Assembly: GCA_039822005.1 (NCBI GenBank)
Contig: JBCBMZ010000001.1
Coordinates: 353,939 to 417,938, forward strand
DNA from: Pseudomonadota bacterium
GTDB taxonomy: Bacteria > Pseudomonadota > Alphaproteobacteria > Rhizobiales > Rhizobiaceae
Reading direction: 5' to 3'
Length of the DNA: 64,000 nt
A model generated the notes under the pieces. That model was not told the DNA's origin, ran no database searches, and saw only the letters and a list, made by a program, of their open reading frames with translations. Numbering within the stretch: the stretch's first letter is position 1; the number at the start of each line of letters is the position of its first letter. The translations under genes were made by a program, and so were the position numbers. Shown one piece after another: positions 48,600 through 58,717 of the stretch.

Positions 48600-50408
48600 T
48601 TAATCATCATCGGATGGGTCAGGCACATCTTCTGCGCCATCCGCCATCGGAAATTCGTTCTCAATCGCCTCAGCATCCGCCAACCGGACATTGACAACTT
48701 TGGCACCTGGAAACTTCTCCAGAATCTTGGCCACTTCCGGGTCGCGACTTGCATCGGAAACGAGCGCCAGTTTCTTGGCCTCATCTTGCTGCGATAGCGT
48801 CTCGCCCACCGCATCGCGCGCCAATGAAACCATCCATCGCTCACCGGTCCAGTCTTGCAGTTTCTTGGAGAGATCGCCCAGTAACGATTGAGGCGCGCCT
48901 TCGGCCAGACCAACTGTGAGGCTTAGTGGTTCAATCGACCCCAACAGCAAATATTGCCGGATATGCGCTTTCATGAGCGGGTCACGGTTTTTGTCACAAA
49001 GCGCAACAAGGTCTTGCAATGAATTGATGGCCACCTGTGGCGTAACCGGTGCCGGCGCCGGCTCCGATACGGGTGTGGGCCCGTTAGACACCAAGCGCAT
49101 GGTTGGCGCGCTACCGTCGGATGACGTCGATAGCGTGTGTGGTGTCATGCCTCCGCCGGCTGACATATCACCGTTACCACCTCCGGGGCGGGAGGCGGCA
49201 GGCGTTGCGGCCAGGTCCGGGTTTTGCCTGAGCGTTTCCAACTGCTTCATCGCCTGATCCAAGGTCGGTAAGTCGGCTGCATGGGCGAGGCGGATCAGCA
49301 CCATCTCGGCGGCCGCAAAAGGACGGGCCGCCGTTTCGACTTCGGAGATGCCTTTAAGCAAAACTTGCCAGGCACGACCCAAGGTTTGAACCGACAATTG
49401 CTGCGAAAACTGAAGCCCCAGATCACGCTCTTCCGGCGATAAAGAGACATCCATTTGCGCTGCCTGCGGAACAAAACGAAGGCGCGTGACAAGATGTGTA
49501 AACTGCGCCAAATCGCTTAGAATCACAGCCGGATCGGCACCCTGGTCATAGAGGGACTTAAAGTCTTCCAGTGTGCCCACCATGTCACCTGCCATCAGCT
49601 TTTCGAAAAGGCGAACAACCCTTCCCCTGTCCGCCAGGCCAAGCATCGTGCGCACCGATTGCTCATCGACATTTGCGTTTGTATGGGCAATCGCCTGATC
49701 CAAAATCGACAGCGCATCACGCACCGAACCCTCGCCAGCGCGCGCGATCATGGCGAGCGACGCGTCATCGATCTCGACATCTTCCTTGTCGGCAATATCC
49801 GCCAAATGCCGGGTCAAGACGTCGGCTTCCACGCGGCGCAAATCAAAGCGCTGACAACGCGACAGGACCGTAATTGGCACCTTGCGAATTTCGGTGGTCG
49901 CAAAGATGAATTTGGCATGTGGCGGGGGTTCTTCCAGTGTCTTTAACAGCGCGTTGAAGGCCTTTTCCGACAACATATGGATTTCATCGATGATATAGAC
50001 CTTGTAACGCGCCGACACAGGCGAATAGCGCACGCCGTCGATGATTTGCTTAATGTCGTCGATGCCCGTGTGAGACGCTGCATCCATCTCGACAATGTCG
50101 ACATGGCGGCCTTCCATGATGGCCGCGCAGTGCTCACCTGGCTGAGTCAGATCAATTGAAGGAGCATCCACATCACCGCGCTTGTAGTTGAGCGCACGCG
50201 CCAATATCCGCGCCGTCGTTGTTTTACCCACGCCGCGCACACCTGTCAGCATCCAGGCTTGCGCGATCCGTCCCGCCTCAAATGCATTTTTCAGCGTCTG
50301 AACCATCGGCGCCTGACCGATCAGGCCAGAAAAATCCGATGGGCGATATTTGCGCGCCAAGACGCGGTAGGCAGCCTGTTTTTCGGATACGGTGATCGGG
50401 TCGCTCAT
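48600..50408 (-). CDS. dnaX: DNA polymerase III subunits gamma/tau
   Basis: AAA+ Walker A GVRGVGKTTTARILA, Zn module (CAAIMEGRH region) and the SRC motif. Confidence 0.95.
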   Translation of the reverse strand: MSDPITVSEKQAAYRVLARKYRPSDFSGLIGQAPMVQTLKNAFEAGRIAQAWMLTGVRGVGKTTTARILARALNYKRGDVDAPSIDLTQPGEHCAAIMEGRHVDIVEMDAASHTGIDDIKQIIDGVRYSPVSARYKVYIIDEIHMLSEKAFNALLKTLEEPPPHAKFIFATTEIRKVPITVLSRCQRFDLRRVEADVLTRHLADIADKEDVEIDDASLAMIARAGEGSVRDALSILDQAIAHTNANVDEQSVRTMLGLADRGRVVRLFEKLMAGDMVGTLEDFKSLYDQGADPAVILSDLAQFTHLVTRLRFVPQAAQMDVSLSPEERDLGLQFSQQLSVQTLGRAWQVLLKGISEVETAARPFAAAEMVLIRLAHAADLPTLDQAMKQLETLRQNPDLAATPAASRPGGGNGDMSAGGGMTPHTLSTSSDGSAPTMRLVSNGPTPVSEPAPAPVTPQVAINSLQDLVALCDKNRDPLMKAHIRQYLLLGSIEPLSLTVGLAEGAPQSLLGDLSKKLQDWTGERWMVSLARDAVGETLSQQDEAKKLALVSDASRDPEVAKILEKFPGAKVVNVRLADAEAIENEFPMADGAEDVPDPSDDD

Positions 50409-50506
50409 AAGCCGACACTATAGGAGGTTACGGCTGGTTGGTAGTAGCGGCGAGGCCAAATTTCGGAGGAAATATTGCCGCTTACGGCCGCCCGCCCGAT
50501 TTTTCG

Positions 50507-52570
50507 CTAGCGCAGAGCTGCTTCAATATTCCCGCCATCAACGGTCATGACGTGGGCGGTGGTTCGTTCCGCTTTTGCTAGTGCCACAAAGGCATCGGCC
50601 ACATGGCGCGCTTCAACTTCTTTGCGCAAGAGATTGCCCGCCATATAGTCAGCTTCGGAAACACCGCGCGCTGATGCGCGGGATTTGATGAAATCCTCGT
50701 CCAACAGCCCCGACCTGATCCGGTCGGCGTTCACGCCGTTGACGCGGATATGGTCGCCGCCAAGTTCCAGCGCGAGTTGGCGTATCAAAAAGAAGGTCGC
50801 CGCTTTCGGCAGTCCGTAGGCCCCGAAACCTTTACCGGGATTGACCGCCTGTTTCGACACGTTGAAAAGGATTTGACCGCCATATCCCTGACGACGAAAA
50901 ACGCCGGTTGCCGCCTTTGCCATCTCGCGATGCGCAAAAAAGTTCACCTCAAATGACTGTCGAAGGGCGGGATCATCCAGTTCCAGAATATTGCCCTGCA
51001 ATGCGTAGCCTGCGTTCGAAACCAGAACATCAATACCTCCGAAGCGGCCTGCCACCGCTTCAATGGCCGACGCGGCAGCGCCCTCCTGTGCAAGATCTGC
51101 GGTAACTGGAAACGCACTTGCGCCCAAGTTCGCTCCCGCGTTGAGGCAAGCCTCTTCATCTCGATCAATCAACGCTATTGCGGCACCTTGCGCGGCAAAA
51201 ACCTTGGCCGTTGCAAGACCAATCGCGCCCGCACCACCTGTCACCGCAACCACTTGACCGGTGAAAGGTTTTGTACTGGCCTTGGATAATTTGGCCTGTT
51301 CCAAAGACCAATATTCCATGTCGAAAAGATCATCCGTGCCGATCGGATGAAAACCGCCGGCAGCTTCGCCCAGCGACATGACTTCAATCGCTTGCTCCGC
51401 GATATCGGCGGCCGTCGATGCTGCCTTGGCGTCTTTCCCGATGCCTGCGATCCCCACACCCTCTATCCACGCGACGCACGGGTGCGGCTCCAGCATGATT
51501 TTGTGCCCACCGACCCGCAAATTTTGCTGATCAAACATGGCGCGGTAAGCGTCGGCATAGGATTGCACTTTGCCTTTTAGCGTCTCGCTACCCGCAATTA
51601 TGTCATCTTGCGTCAAAACCAGCATTCGCCCTTTTGTTCGAATGACATGATCGGGCGAACCAACACCGCGCTGGCTGAGCGCAGTCAAATCGCTGTGCGC
51701 CAGGAATTGCGAAATGATTGGTCCGGTTCGTAGGTCTGTCACTACAGGTATGGGATCTTTATCATGGTGGTGGCCACGCAGGTCGGCTATCGCGCCGCGC
51801 ACAACAGGCAGAATTTGCGCTGCAGTCTTGTGCGGTGTCCTTGAGCGATGGACACTCGTTGAAAATGTGCGGCCGTTCGCTCTGTGTGCGAGCCATTCCT
51901 CCACAAGGTTGGTATGCTCGATTACACGGCCATAGCTTTCTTTTGCGGTGTCGCCGAAGGTGAAATGGCCATGCTTTAACAGAACCATACCGTCACATTC
52001 GGGGTTGGCATCAAACACGTCTGCGGCTTTTTTGGCGAGCGCAAAGCCGGGCATGATGTAGGGCACGCAAACCAATCGCCCCTCAAAAATCTCGTCTACC
52101 GCTGTTTCGGCATTGGGCAAATTGGCCAGTGCCAGAAAAGCCGTGGCATGGGTGTGGTCGACAAAACGATGCGGCAGATAGGCATGCAGCAATGTTTCCA
52201 CCGATGGATTGGGCGACATTGTATCAATTAGATTGGCGCGCTGCACATTGACCATGTCTTCATCTGACAGGGTATTAAGTTCCCGTAACGCCATCAAAGG
52301 CTCCATACGCACACCGGGTAAACCAGGTGCTTCAATGGTATCCAGATCCCAGCCGGACCCTTTGACATGCAGAACATCGATTGGGGTGCCAAACAGATCG
52401 CGGCGCGCAGTCTTGACCGAAGTGTTGCCGCCCCCATGCATAACCAAATCAGGATCGGCGCCGATGATACGCGATGAATATACCCTTTCCGCAACGAGCC
52501 TGTCGGCCTCATTATCGGCGGTGGACGCCCATTTGGCAGCGTCCAAATCGTTCCACAAATTGGGTCGCAT
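50507..52570 (-). CDS. Bifunctional class II aldolase-like / short-chain dehydrogenase fusion (RhaD-RhaEW/YuxG-like)
   Basis: N-terminal aldolase/adducin-like region of about 430 aa. C-terminal SDR with TGGAGAIG, NAG and YGLPK (YxxxK). Confidence 0.85.
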   Translation of the reverse strand: MRPNLWNDLDAAKWASTADNEADRLVAERVYSSRIIGADPDLVMHGGGNTSVKTARRDLFGTPIDVLHVKGSGWDLDTIEAPGLPGVRMEPLMALRELNTLSDEDMVNVQRANLIDTMSPNPSVETLLHAYLPHRFVDHTHATAFLALANLPNAETAVDEIFEGRLVCVPYIMPGFALAKKAADVFDANPECDGMVLLKHGHFTFGDTAKESYGRVIEHTNLVEEWLAHRANGRTFSTSVHRSRTPHKTAAQILPVVRGAIADLRGHHHDKDPIPVVTDLRTGPIISQFLAHSDLTALSQRGVGSPDHVIRTKGRMLVLTQDDIIAGSETLKGKVQSYADAYRAMFDQQNLRVGGHKIMLEPHPCVAWIEGVGIAGIGKDAKAASTAADIAEQAIEVMSLGEAAGGFHPIGTDDLFDMEYWSLEQAKLSKASTKPFTGQVVAVTGGAGAIGLATAKVFAAQGAAIALIDRDEEACLNAGANLGASAFPVTADLAQEGAAASAIEAVAGRFGGIDVLVSNAGYALQGNILELDDPALRQSFEVNFFAHREMAKAATGVFRRQGYGGQILFNVSKQAVNPGKGFGAYGLPKAATFFLIRQLALELGGDHIRVNGVNADRIRSGLLDEDFIKSRASARGVSEADYMAGNLLRKEVEARHVADAFVALAKAERTTAHVMTVDGGNIEAALR

Positions 52571-52591
52571 GTTCTATCTCCCACGCCTTGT

Positions 52592-52605
52592 TTGACAAAT
52601 GTCAG
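52592..52605 (+). promoter_or_regulatory. Operator / -35 element TTGACAAATGTCAG in the divergent aldolase-SDR / sorC promoter region
   Basis: Same 13-mer as at 37598. A related half-site, TGTCAAATGT, lies at 52613-52622. It is 22 nt from the aldolase-SDR start and 36 nt from the sorC start. Confidence 0.55.
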
Positions 52606-52640
52606 CAAGGTCTGTCAAATGTTTACCCGGAGGAATTGGT

Positions 52641-53615
52641 ATGTCATTAGAGGCGTCCCGGCGCACACAACGCATGGTTAGTGGTGAGGACATCGTCATC
52701 GAAGCTGCGTGGCTGTACTACCACGACAGCTTGAACCAGAACGATATCGCGGAACGGCTTGGCGTATCGCGCGCCACTGTGGTCAATTATCTGCAAGAAG
52801 CACGTGAGCGCGGTTTTGTGCAAATCAGCATGTCGGCCGACGCTTTCAGCGGACACCGCCTTGCAATCGCAATCAAAGAGCTTTTTGGCTTGGACGATGT
52901 ACTCGTAATTCCCGACGGCAAACTATCTGTCGATCAAGCGGCGAACCGCGTTGCCCGCGCTGCTGCACGTTGGTTGCCTTCCATGCTTGCACCGGGCGAC
53001 CGATTGGGCGTTGCGTGGGGCAAGACGATCTACGACGTTGCGGAAAATTTGGAACCCGTCGCCATACCCGATCTGACGGTGCTCCAGTTGGTCGGGTCAA
53101 TGGCGACGCCTTACGGATTTTCCGCCGATGTTTGCTCCTCCTATGTGGCGCGGCGCTTGTTTGCGCGTTGTATCAATTTGCATGTACCGGCGATCGTCTC
53201 GACGCCGGAAGTTGCCGACGTCTTGCGCCGCGAAACCCTCATCGCCAGCCAGTTTGATGAGATAACGCGCTTCAACAAGACGCTGTTTGCTGTTGGCTCG
53301 TGTTTGCCAGACAGCCACGTGGTTTCGTCCGGCGTGGCAACGGTTGCCGAACTGCAATGGTATGTGGATCAAGGAGCGACCGGTGTGCTGTGCGGGCGGT
53401 TTATTGACCGCAATGGCAAAGGCATTGAAGGCCCGCTCGATGCGCGCATGATGGGCGTTTCAGTCGATATGATGCGCAGTCGCGAAACGGGGATTTTGGT
53501 TTCGGTCGCAGCCGATCGCGTTCCTGCTACGGTGGCAGCCTTGCGCGGTGGCTACGCGACACACCTTGTCACCGATCAGTCGAGCGCGGAAAAGCTGTTG
53601 ACTTCAAGCAGCTGA
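52641..53615 (+). CDS. SorC/DeoR-type sugar-binding transcriptional regulator
   Basis: N-terminal HTH ([24 protein letters not shown]) and a C-terminal sugar-phosphate-binding domain. The start was set at the ATG at 52641, which has a GGAGGA SD. Confidence 0.85.
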   Translation: MSLEASRRTQRMVSGEDIVIEAAWLYYHDSLNQNDIAERLGVSRATVVNYLQEARERGFVQISMSADAFSGHRLAIAIKELFGLDDVLVIPDGKLSVDQAANRVARAAARWLPSMLAPGDRLGVAWGKTIYDVAENLEPVAIPDLTVLQLVGSMATPYGFSADVCSSYVARRLFARCINLHVPAIVSTPEVADVLRRETLIASQFDEITRFNKTLFAVGSCLPDSHVVSSGVATVAELQWYVDQGATGVLCGRFIDRNGKGIEGPLDARMMGVSVDMMRSRETGILVSVAADRVPATVAALRGGYATHLVTDQSSAEKLLTSSS

Positions 53616-54707
53616 ACGCCTTTCGGGGAACAGAGTTAAAAGACCTTCCGGGCTCGCATCACATACACCGCGTTCCGTAATCAGGCCGGTGATGAGACGG
53701 GCCGGCGTCACATCAAAGGCCGGGTTGCCGCCGGGCGTGCCGTCGGGCGAAATTTGCACAAATCCCGTCTCGCCATTTTCCTGTTTGCCGAAAATGTGCG
53801 TGACCTCCCGTCCATCACGCTCCTCAATCGGAATTTCCTTCAAGCCATCCTTGACGGTCCAATCAATGGTCGATGATGGCAACGCAACATAGAAGGGAAC
53901 GCCATTGTCGCTGGCGGCCAACGCTTTGAGATAGGTCCCGATTTTGTTGCAAACGTCGCCACGCGCTGTCGTTCTGTCGGTGCCAACGATCACCATATCC
54001 ACCTGACCATGCTGCATCAGATGTCCTCCAGCATTATCGACAATCAAATGGTGCGGAATGTCATTGCCGACCATCTCCCACGAAGTAAGCTGTGCGCCCT
54101 GATTGCGCGGCCTCGTCTCGTCCACCCAAACATGGATCGCAATGCCGGCTTCCTGCGCGTGATACATCGGCGATGTCGCCGTTCCCCAATCGACCGTCGC
54201 GAGCCAACCCGCATTGCAATGGGTCAGCATATTGACAGGCTCGCCGGGCCCTTTGGTTTCTGCAATCCGTTTGACGATCTCCAATCCGTGGACGCCGATC
54301 ATTCGGTTGCACGCGGCATCTTCATCGCAAATCAGCGCCGCCTTTTTAAACGCTGCCTCGGCACGATCTGAAGGTGCCAGAGAGTCCAATTCTGAACGCA
54401 TCGCATCGAGTGCCCAGCGAAGATTGATCGCCGTCGGTCTGGTCGCATGCAAAATATCATAGGCATGGTCGAGCGCGCCATCGGAGGGGTCACGCGCCAT
54501 TTGCTCGGCAACGCCATAGGCTGCGGTCGCGCCAATCAGGGGCGCGCCCCTTACCCACATGTCACGAATGGCCGTTGCAAACGCATCAAGAGACTTGATG
54601 GAGACGATCTTGAACTCATGGGGCAGCCAGCGCTGATCGATGATGCGCACGTCGCCCGTTTCAGAATCGCGCCATATGGAGCGGTAGTGGGTGCCTTGAA
54701 CCTTCAT
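53604..54707 (-). CDS. mtnA: S-methyl-5-thioribose-1-phosphate isomerase family (MtnA/DrdI-like)
   Basis: eIF-2B-related family: [42 protein letters not shown]. Confidence 0.88.
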   Translation of the reverse strand: MKVQGTHYRSIWRDSETGDVRIIDQRWLPHEFKIVSIKSLDAFATAIRDMWVRGAPLIGATAAYGVAEQMARDPSDGALDHAYDILHATRPTAINLRWALDAMRSELDSLAPSDRAEAAFKKAALICDEDAACNRMIGVHGLEIVKRIAETKGPGEPVNMLTHCNAGWLATVDWGTATSPMYHAQEAGIAIHVWVDETRPRNQGAQLTSWEMVGNDIPHHLIVDNAGGHLMQHGQVDMVIVGTDRTTARGDVCNKIGTYLKALAASDNGVPFYVALPSSTIDWTVKDGLKEIPIEERDGREVTHIFGKQENGETGFVQISPDGTPGGNPAFDVTPARLITGLITERGVCDASPEGLLTLFPERRSAA

Positions 54708-55969
54708 ACTTTGCCTCCCGTTTCCATTTGACGGGCCATCGCAACCACGCGATCCACGCCGCCAATTGCTTTGCGGTTGAGCACCAGTGAGCGTCCAAGT
54801 CTGAGCGCGCGCTCCTCCAGGATAGCCCGTTCGTCTTCATCGGCAATCGTATCCAGTTCAGCGACGTGCGCGAGGCCAAGGATGCGCCTGTGCATTTCGA
54901 TACCGGCAAATCCCAAAAGATCCTCCAGAATTTCGTTTAGCAATTGCTCAAGCGCTGCATCTGCAGCTTCCGGCTGACCTTGATCTTCGTACAAGGAATG
55001 AGGGTAGAGGATGCCCGTACGTTCGGTTCGCCAAAGCGTTGCAAATTCGTCGCAAAAAGCGGTCCACGTATCGGTTGTTTGCTGGAGGATCCACTCTTGG
55101 TAGCCCGCGCAGACGTCCATGTCTTTCAGGTGGGCGGACGCTGCCTGGTAGGCCATCAGATAGTTGCCGATCAGCATGCCGATATCGAAACCAAAGGGAC
55201 CGTAGAAGGCAAATTCCGGGTCGATCATACGCGCTTCATCGGGTGTTGCCATGATGGAACCCGCATGCAAATCGCCGTGGCACATCGTTTCCTGTTTGGC
55301 GGTGAAAGCCCGCTTCATGTGCTGTGCTTCAACTTTTAGCAAATGATCGGCGCGCAACTCTGCAACTACACTATCCAACTGAGGGGTTGTGTGCCGGTTC
55401 ATTTCCGCATCGAAATAGGGGTCGGTGAAAACAAGGTTTTCAGTAATGTCGCAAAGTTCGATGTTGCCCGAAAAAAGCGCCACATCTTTTTTTTTGTCAC
55501 CGGCATTCATGGACAGATCTGAGCCGCGAAACGCCGTGCGCGCGCAGAACCGACCCATTGTCTCGCCCAGCTTGGCAACCTTTTGGCCAGCCATCATATG
55601 ATGGCGCAATATAATATGCGGATGGAGGCGTTCCATCACAATCAACGCCTGCTCTTCGTCAAAGTGCAGGATCGCAGGAACGGATCCAGGGTCGCGCTCC
55701 TGCTGGCGTTTTAGGGCATGATATTCGAAAAACGCGCGCTTGAGCGGTAGCGGCCAGGAATCGCCGACCAAACGCACATACGGCAGCGCCTGCTTGACGA
55801 TCACTGAACCCTTCGTGCCCTCAACGATGAAGACTAGATTAAGATTACCGTCTCCCACTTCCTGAACGGACCAGGATGCGGGATCCTCTCCTACGACACT
55901 GGTCAAAGCATCCAGCGAACCAAGCCGTACAGGAAGCGTTTCCTGTGACAGTGCTTCATATTGCGACAC
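54704..55969 (-). CDS. mtnK: S-methyl-5-thioribose kinase family (MtnK/DrdK-like)
   Basis: [11 protein letters not shown] and KQALPYVR signatures, catalytic HGDLHAGS. There is a 4-nt overlap with mtnA. Confidence 0.88.
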   Translation of the reverse strand: MSQYEALSQETLPVRLGSLDALTSVVGEDPASWSVQEVGDGNLNLVFIVEGTKGSVIVKQALPYVRLVGDSWPLPLKRAFFEYHALKRQQERDPGSVPAILHFDEEQALIVMERLHPHIILRHHMMAGQKVAKLGETMGRFCARTAFRGSDLSMNAGDKKKDVALFSGNIELCDITENLVFTDPYFDAEMNRHTTPQLDSVVAELRADHLLKVEAQHMKRAFTAKQETMCHGDLHAGSIMATPDEARMIDPEFAFYGPFGFDIGMLIGNYLMAYQAASAHLKDMDVCAGYQEWILQQTTDTWTAFCDEFATLWRTERTGILYPHSLYEDQGQPEAADAALEQLLNEILEDLLGFAGIEMHRRILGLAHVAELDTIADEDERAILEERALRLGRSLVLNRKAIGGVDRVVAMARQMETGGKV

Positions 55970-56041
55970 CTGTTTCCTCCCATGATCCAGGTGAAATAAA
56001 CACCAATCCGCGGTTGTGTCTTCGCATCGTATGAAGCCGAT

Positions 56042-56075
56042 CAGGCATTTGTCAATATAGCTTGACTTTTGTCAG
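56042..56075. promoter_or_regulatory. Two copies of the TTGAC-N4-GTCA element in the divergent mtnK / ABC importer promoter region
   Basis: The minus strand at 56055-56042 reads TTGACAAATGCCTG. The plus strand at 56062-56075 reads TTGACTTTTGTCAG. Confidence 0.5.
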
Positions 56076-56106
56076 GTGCACTGTTGTGATTGCCTTGGGA
56101 GGAACT

Positions 56107-57630
56107 ATGAAGCCGCAGCTTTGTCGCATTGACGGGCTTGAAAAGGCGTTTGGACACAATCGTGTTCTGCGCGCATTCTCGCTGGATTTGAACGGTGGTG
56201 AAGTCACCGCGCTCATGGGTGCAAACGGTGCCGGCAAATCCACTTTGGTGAAAATCCTCTCGGGTGTTTATCGTCGCGATGCCGGCTCAATTGCGCTTAA
56301 TGGGCAAGCCTTCCTGCCCGAAACGCCAGCGCAGGCCATGCGCCAGGGCGTTGTCACCGTTCATCAGCATATCAATGATGGCGTCATTCCCGATCTCGAC
56401 GTGGCTTCAAACCTGCTCATAGATCGTTTGGCCGAGCCCAGCTACGGCTTCCTCTTGCGTCGAGGCAACATGTTTCGTGAAGCGCGCAAGATCGCGGACA
56501 CGATGGGCCTTCAAATTGATGTGCGGGCACCGGTCTCCAGTCTTGGCGTCGCAGACAGACAGCTCATCGCGATCGCCCGCGCCATGTCGCACGAGCCATC
56601 ATTGCTGATCTTGGATGAGCCGACATCGTCATTGTCTGCCTCCGAGGCTGAACAGCTTTTTGCTCTGGTCGACACGCTCAAGCGGCAGGGCGTTGCCATT
56701 TTGTATATTTCACACCGCATGTCGGACATTCGCCGTATCGCGGATCGGATTGTGTCCATGCGCGACGGCGAGGTTTCAGGTGTTTTTGAAGGTCAGAACC
56801 TCGACTATGAAGGCGCCGTCCACGCCATGCTGGGACACACCATGACCGATGTTGATATTGACGTTCCTCAGCAAGGCGAGCCGATCCTGACCTTGCAAGA
56901 CACAAGACTGAAAGAAGGTGCCGCACCTTTTGATCTGACGCTGCATGATAATGAGGTGGTGGTTGTCACCGGCCTGCTTGGCAGCGGCAAGACGGCGCTG
57001 GCCCAGTCGCTTTTTGGCCTGTCCAAGATTGCGGGCGGGCAAATCACACTCAATGGTCAGACCTATCGACCGCGTGATCCGCAACAGGCCATTGCACGCG
57101 GCGTTTTCATGTCGGCCAAGGACCGCGCGGACAATGCCATCGTGGCGGACTTCGACATTTCACGAAACATGTCGCTCCCGTTTTTGCCTCAATTTTCGAC
57201 CGCCGGCTTCATCAAGCGGCGCGAGGAACTGACATCTGCGCGTCATCTTGTCGACGCTCTGGCGGTTGTTTGCCAGTCCGAAGGCGATGACATCAACACG
57301 TTATCAGGCGGCAACCAACAAAAGGTCATGCTGGCGCGCTGGCTGTCGCAATCATGCAAACTACTGCTGTTGGATGAACCTTTCCAAGGCGTCGACATTC
57401 GCTCGCGCCGTGACATCGGTGCCAAGATACGCTCAACCTCGAAAGGTAGGGCGACGTTGGTGTTTGTCGCTGAGCTTGATGAAGCTTTTGAGGTGGCGGA
57501 TCGGATTGTGGTGATGCACGACCACTCCATCGTCGCGGAGTTCATCAATCGCAATGTCGATCTCAACGCAGTTCTGGCTGCTGTTACCGGCAGCACACAA
57601 GATTTTATGAAAACGGGTGTTGCTGCATGA
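56107..57630 (+). CDS. Sugar ABC transporter ATPase (RbsA-like, duplicated)
   Basis: Walker A GANGAGKST, and a second half with LSGGNQQKV. The start was set at the ATG at 56107, which has a GGGAGG SD. Confidence 0.88.
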   Translation: MKPQLCRIDGLEKAFGHNRVLRAFSLDLNGGEVTALMGANGAGKSTLVKILSGVYRRDAGSIALNGQAFLPETPAQAMRQGVVTVHQHINDGVIPDLDVASNLLIDRLAEPSYGFLLRRGNMFREARKIADTMGLQIDVRAPVSSLGVADRQLIAIARAMSHEPSLLILDEPTSSLSASEAEQLFALVDTLKRQGVAILYISHRMSDIRRIADRIVSMRDGEVSGVFEGQNLDYEGAVHAMLGHTMTDVDIDVPQQGEPILTLQDTRLKEGAAPFDLTLHDNEVVVVTGLLGSGKTALAQSLFGLSKIAGGQITLNGQTYRPRDPQQAIARGVFMSAKDRADNAIVADFDISRNMSLPFLPQFSTAGFIKRREELTSARHLVDALAVVCQSEGDDINTLSGGNQQKVMLARWLSQSCKLLLLDEPFQGVDIRSRRDIGAKIRSTSKGRATLVFVAELDEAFEVADRIVVMHDHSIVAEFINRNVDLNAVLAAVTGSTQDFMKTGVAA

Positions 57631-58688
57631 GCGCGGAAGCAAAAGAACTCGGCACCAGTTTGGGCGCACCCAAAGGAAGTCAGGGTCCGACGCTGATTGA
57701 TTTGGCAATCCGCTATGGCTTCTTAACACTTCTTTTGGGGTTGGTGATCTTTTTTTCGATCTTTGCAGACGGCTTTGCCGGGCCAAGATCCGCCGTCTTC
57801 ATTTTCCAGTCTGTGGCGATCACGGGCATTCTGGCGCTGGGTGTGACTTGTACACTGGTTGTGGGCGGATTTGATTTGTCGATTGGCTCCGTTGCGACAT
57901 CAGCCATGATGCTTGCCGCCTATGTGATGGTTGTCATGGAACAATCGGCAGTGGTCGCCATTTTGGCCTGTTTGGCGATGGGCGCTGCCATTGGTTTCAT
58001 CAACGGAATGTTGATCGTACGTTTCAAGGTGCCGGATCTACTGGCAACGCTTGGCATGATGTTTCTGCTCGTGGGATTGCAACGCATACCGACCGAAGGG
58101 CGCTCCATCTCGACCGGTATGACACTGCCGAGCGGCGAGACAGCCAATGGCGCCTTCTCGCCGCTCTTTTTGTCGATGGGCCGCCACCGGTTCGATTTCA
58201 TTTTGGAAAACCTGATCCCGATTTCCGTGGTATTTTTGATTGTGATCGGCATTTTGGTCTGGGCGTTTTTGGAGCTTACCCGCCACGGCCGCCTCATGTA
58301 CGCGATCGGTTCAAATGAACGGGCAGCGGCACTGACTGGAACAAATGTCAATCGCTACAAAGTGTATGCTTATATGATCTCAGGCGTTCTGGCCTCAGTG
58401 GGAGGGCTGTTGCTGGCTGCACGCCTTGGGCGCGGTGACATCGCATCGGGCACCAACTTGCTGCTCGATGCTGTGGCGGCGGCATTGATTGGTTTTGCGG
58501 TTTTGGGCGCGGCCAAACCCAATGCGTTTGGTACCGCTATGGGGGCTTTGTTTGTCGGTATCCTGTTGCAGGGTCTGACCATGATGAACGCGCCATACTA
58601 CACGCAGGATTTCATCAAGGGTGCGGTGCTGGTCGTGGCGCTCGTCTTTACCTTTTCTCTGTCGGCGAGGAGGGCCGGCGGTCACTAG
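57627..58688 (+). CDS. Sugar ABC transporter permease (RbsC-like)
   Basis: 10-TM profile. There is a 4-nt overlap with the ATPase gene. Confidence 0.85.
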   Translation: MSAEAKELGTSLGAPKGSQGPTLIDLAIRYGFLTLLLGLVIFFSIFADGFAGPRSAVFIFQSVAITGILALGVTCTLVVGGFDLSIGSVATSAMMLAAYVMVVMEQSAVVAILACLAMGAAIGFINGMLIVRFKVPDLLATLGMMFLLVGLQRIPTEGRSISTGMTLPSGETANGAFSPLFLSMGRHRFDFILENLIPISVVFLIVIGILVWAFLELTRHGRLMYAIGSNERAAALTGTNVNRYKVYAYMISGVLASVGGLLLAARLGRGDIASGTNLLLDAVAAALIGFAVLGAAKPNAFGTAMGALFVGILLQGLTMMNAPYYTQDFIKGAVLVVALVFTFSLSARRAGGH

Positions 58689-58717
58689 CAAATCGTCATG
58701 CAAGGGAGGAATCAAGC

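Noticed and set aside
48600-50408. Programmed -1 frameshift site in dnaX (A AAA AAG type).
   Set aside because: I found no A-rich slippery heptamer in the coding strand. As far as I recall, alphaproteobacterial dnaX genes generally lack it.
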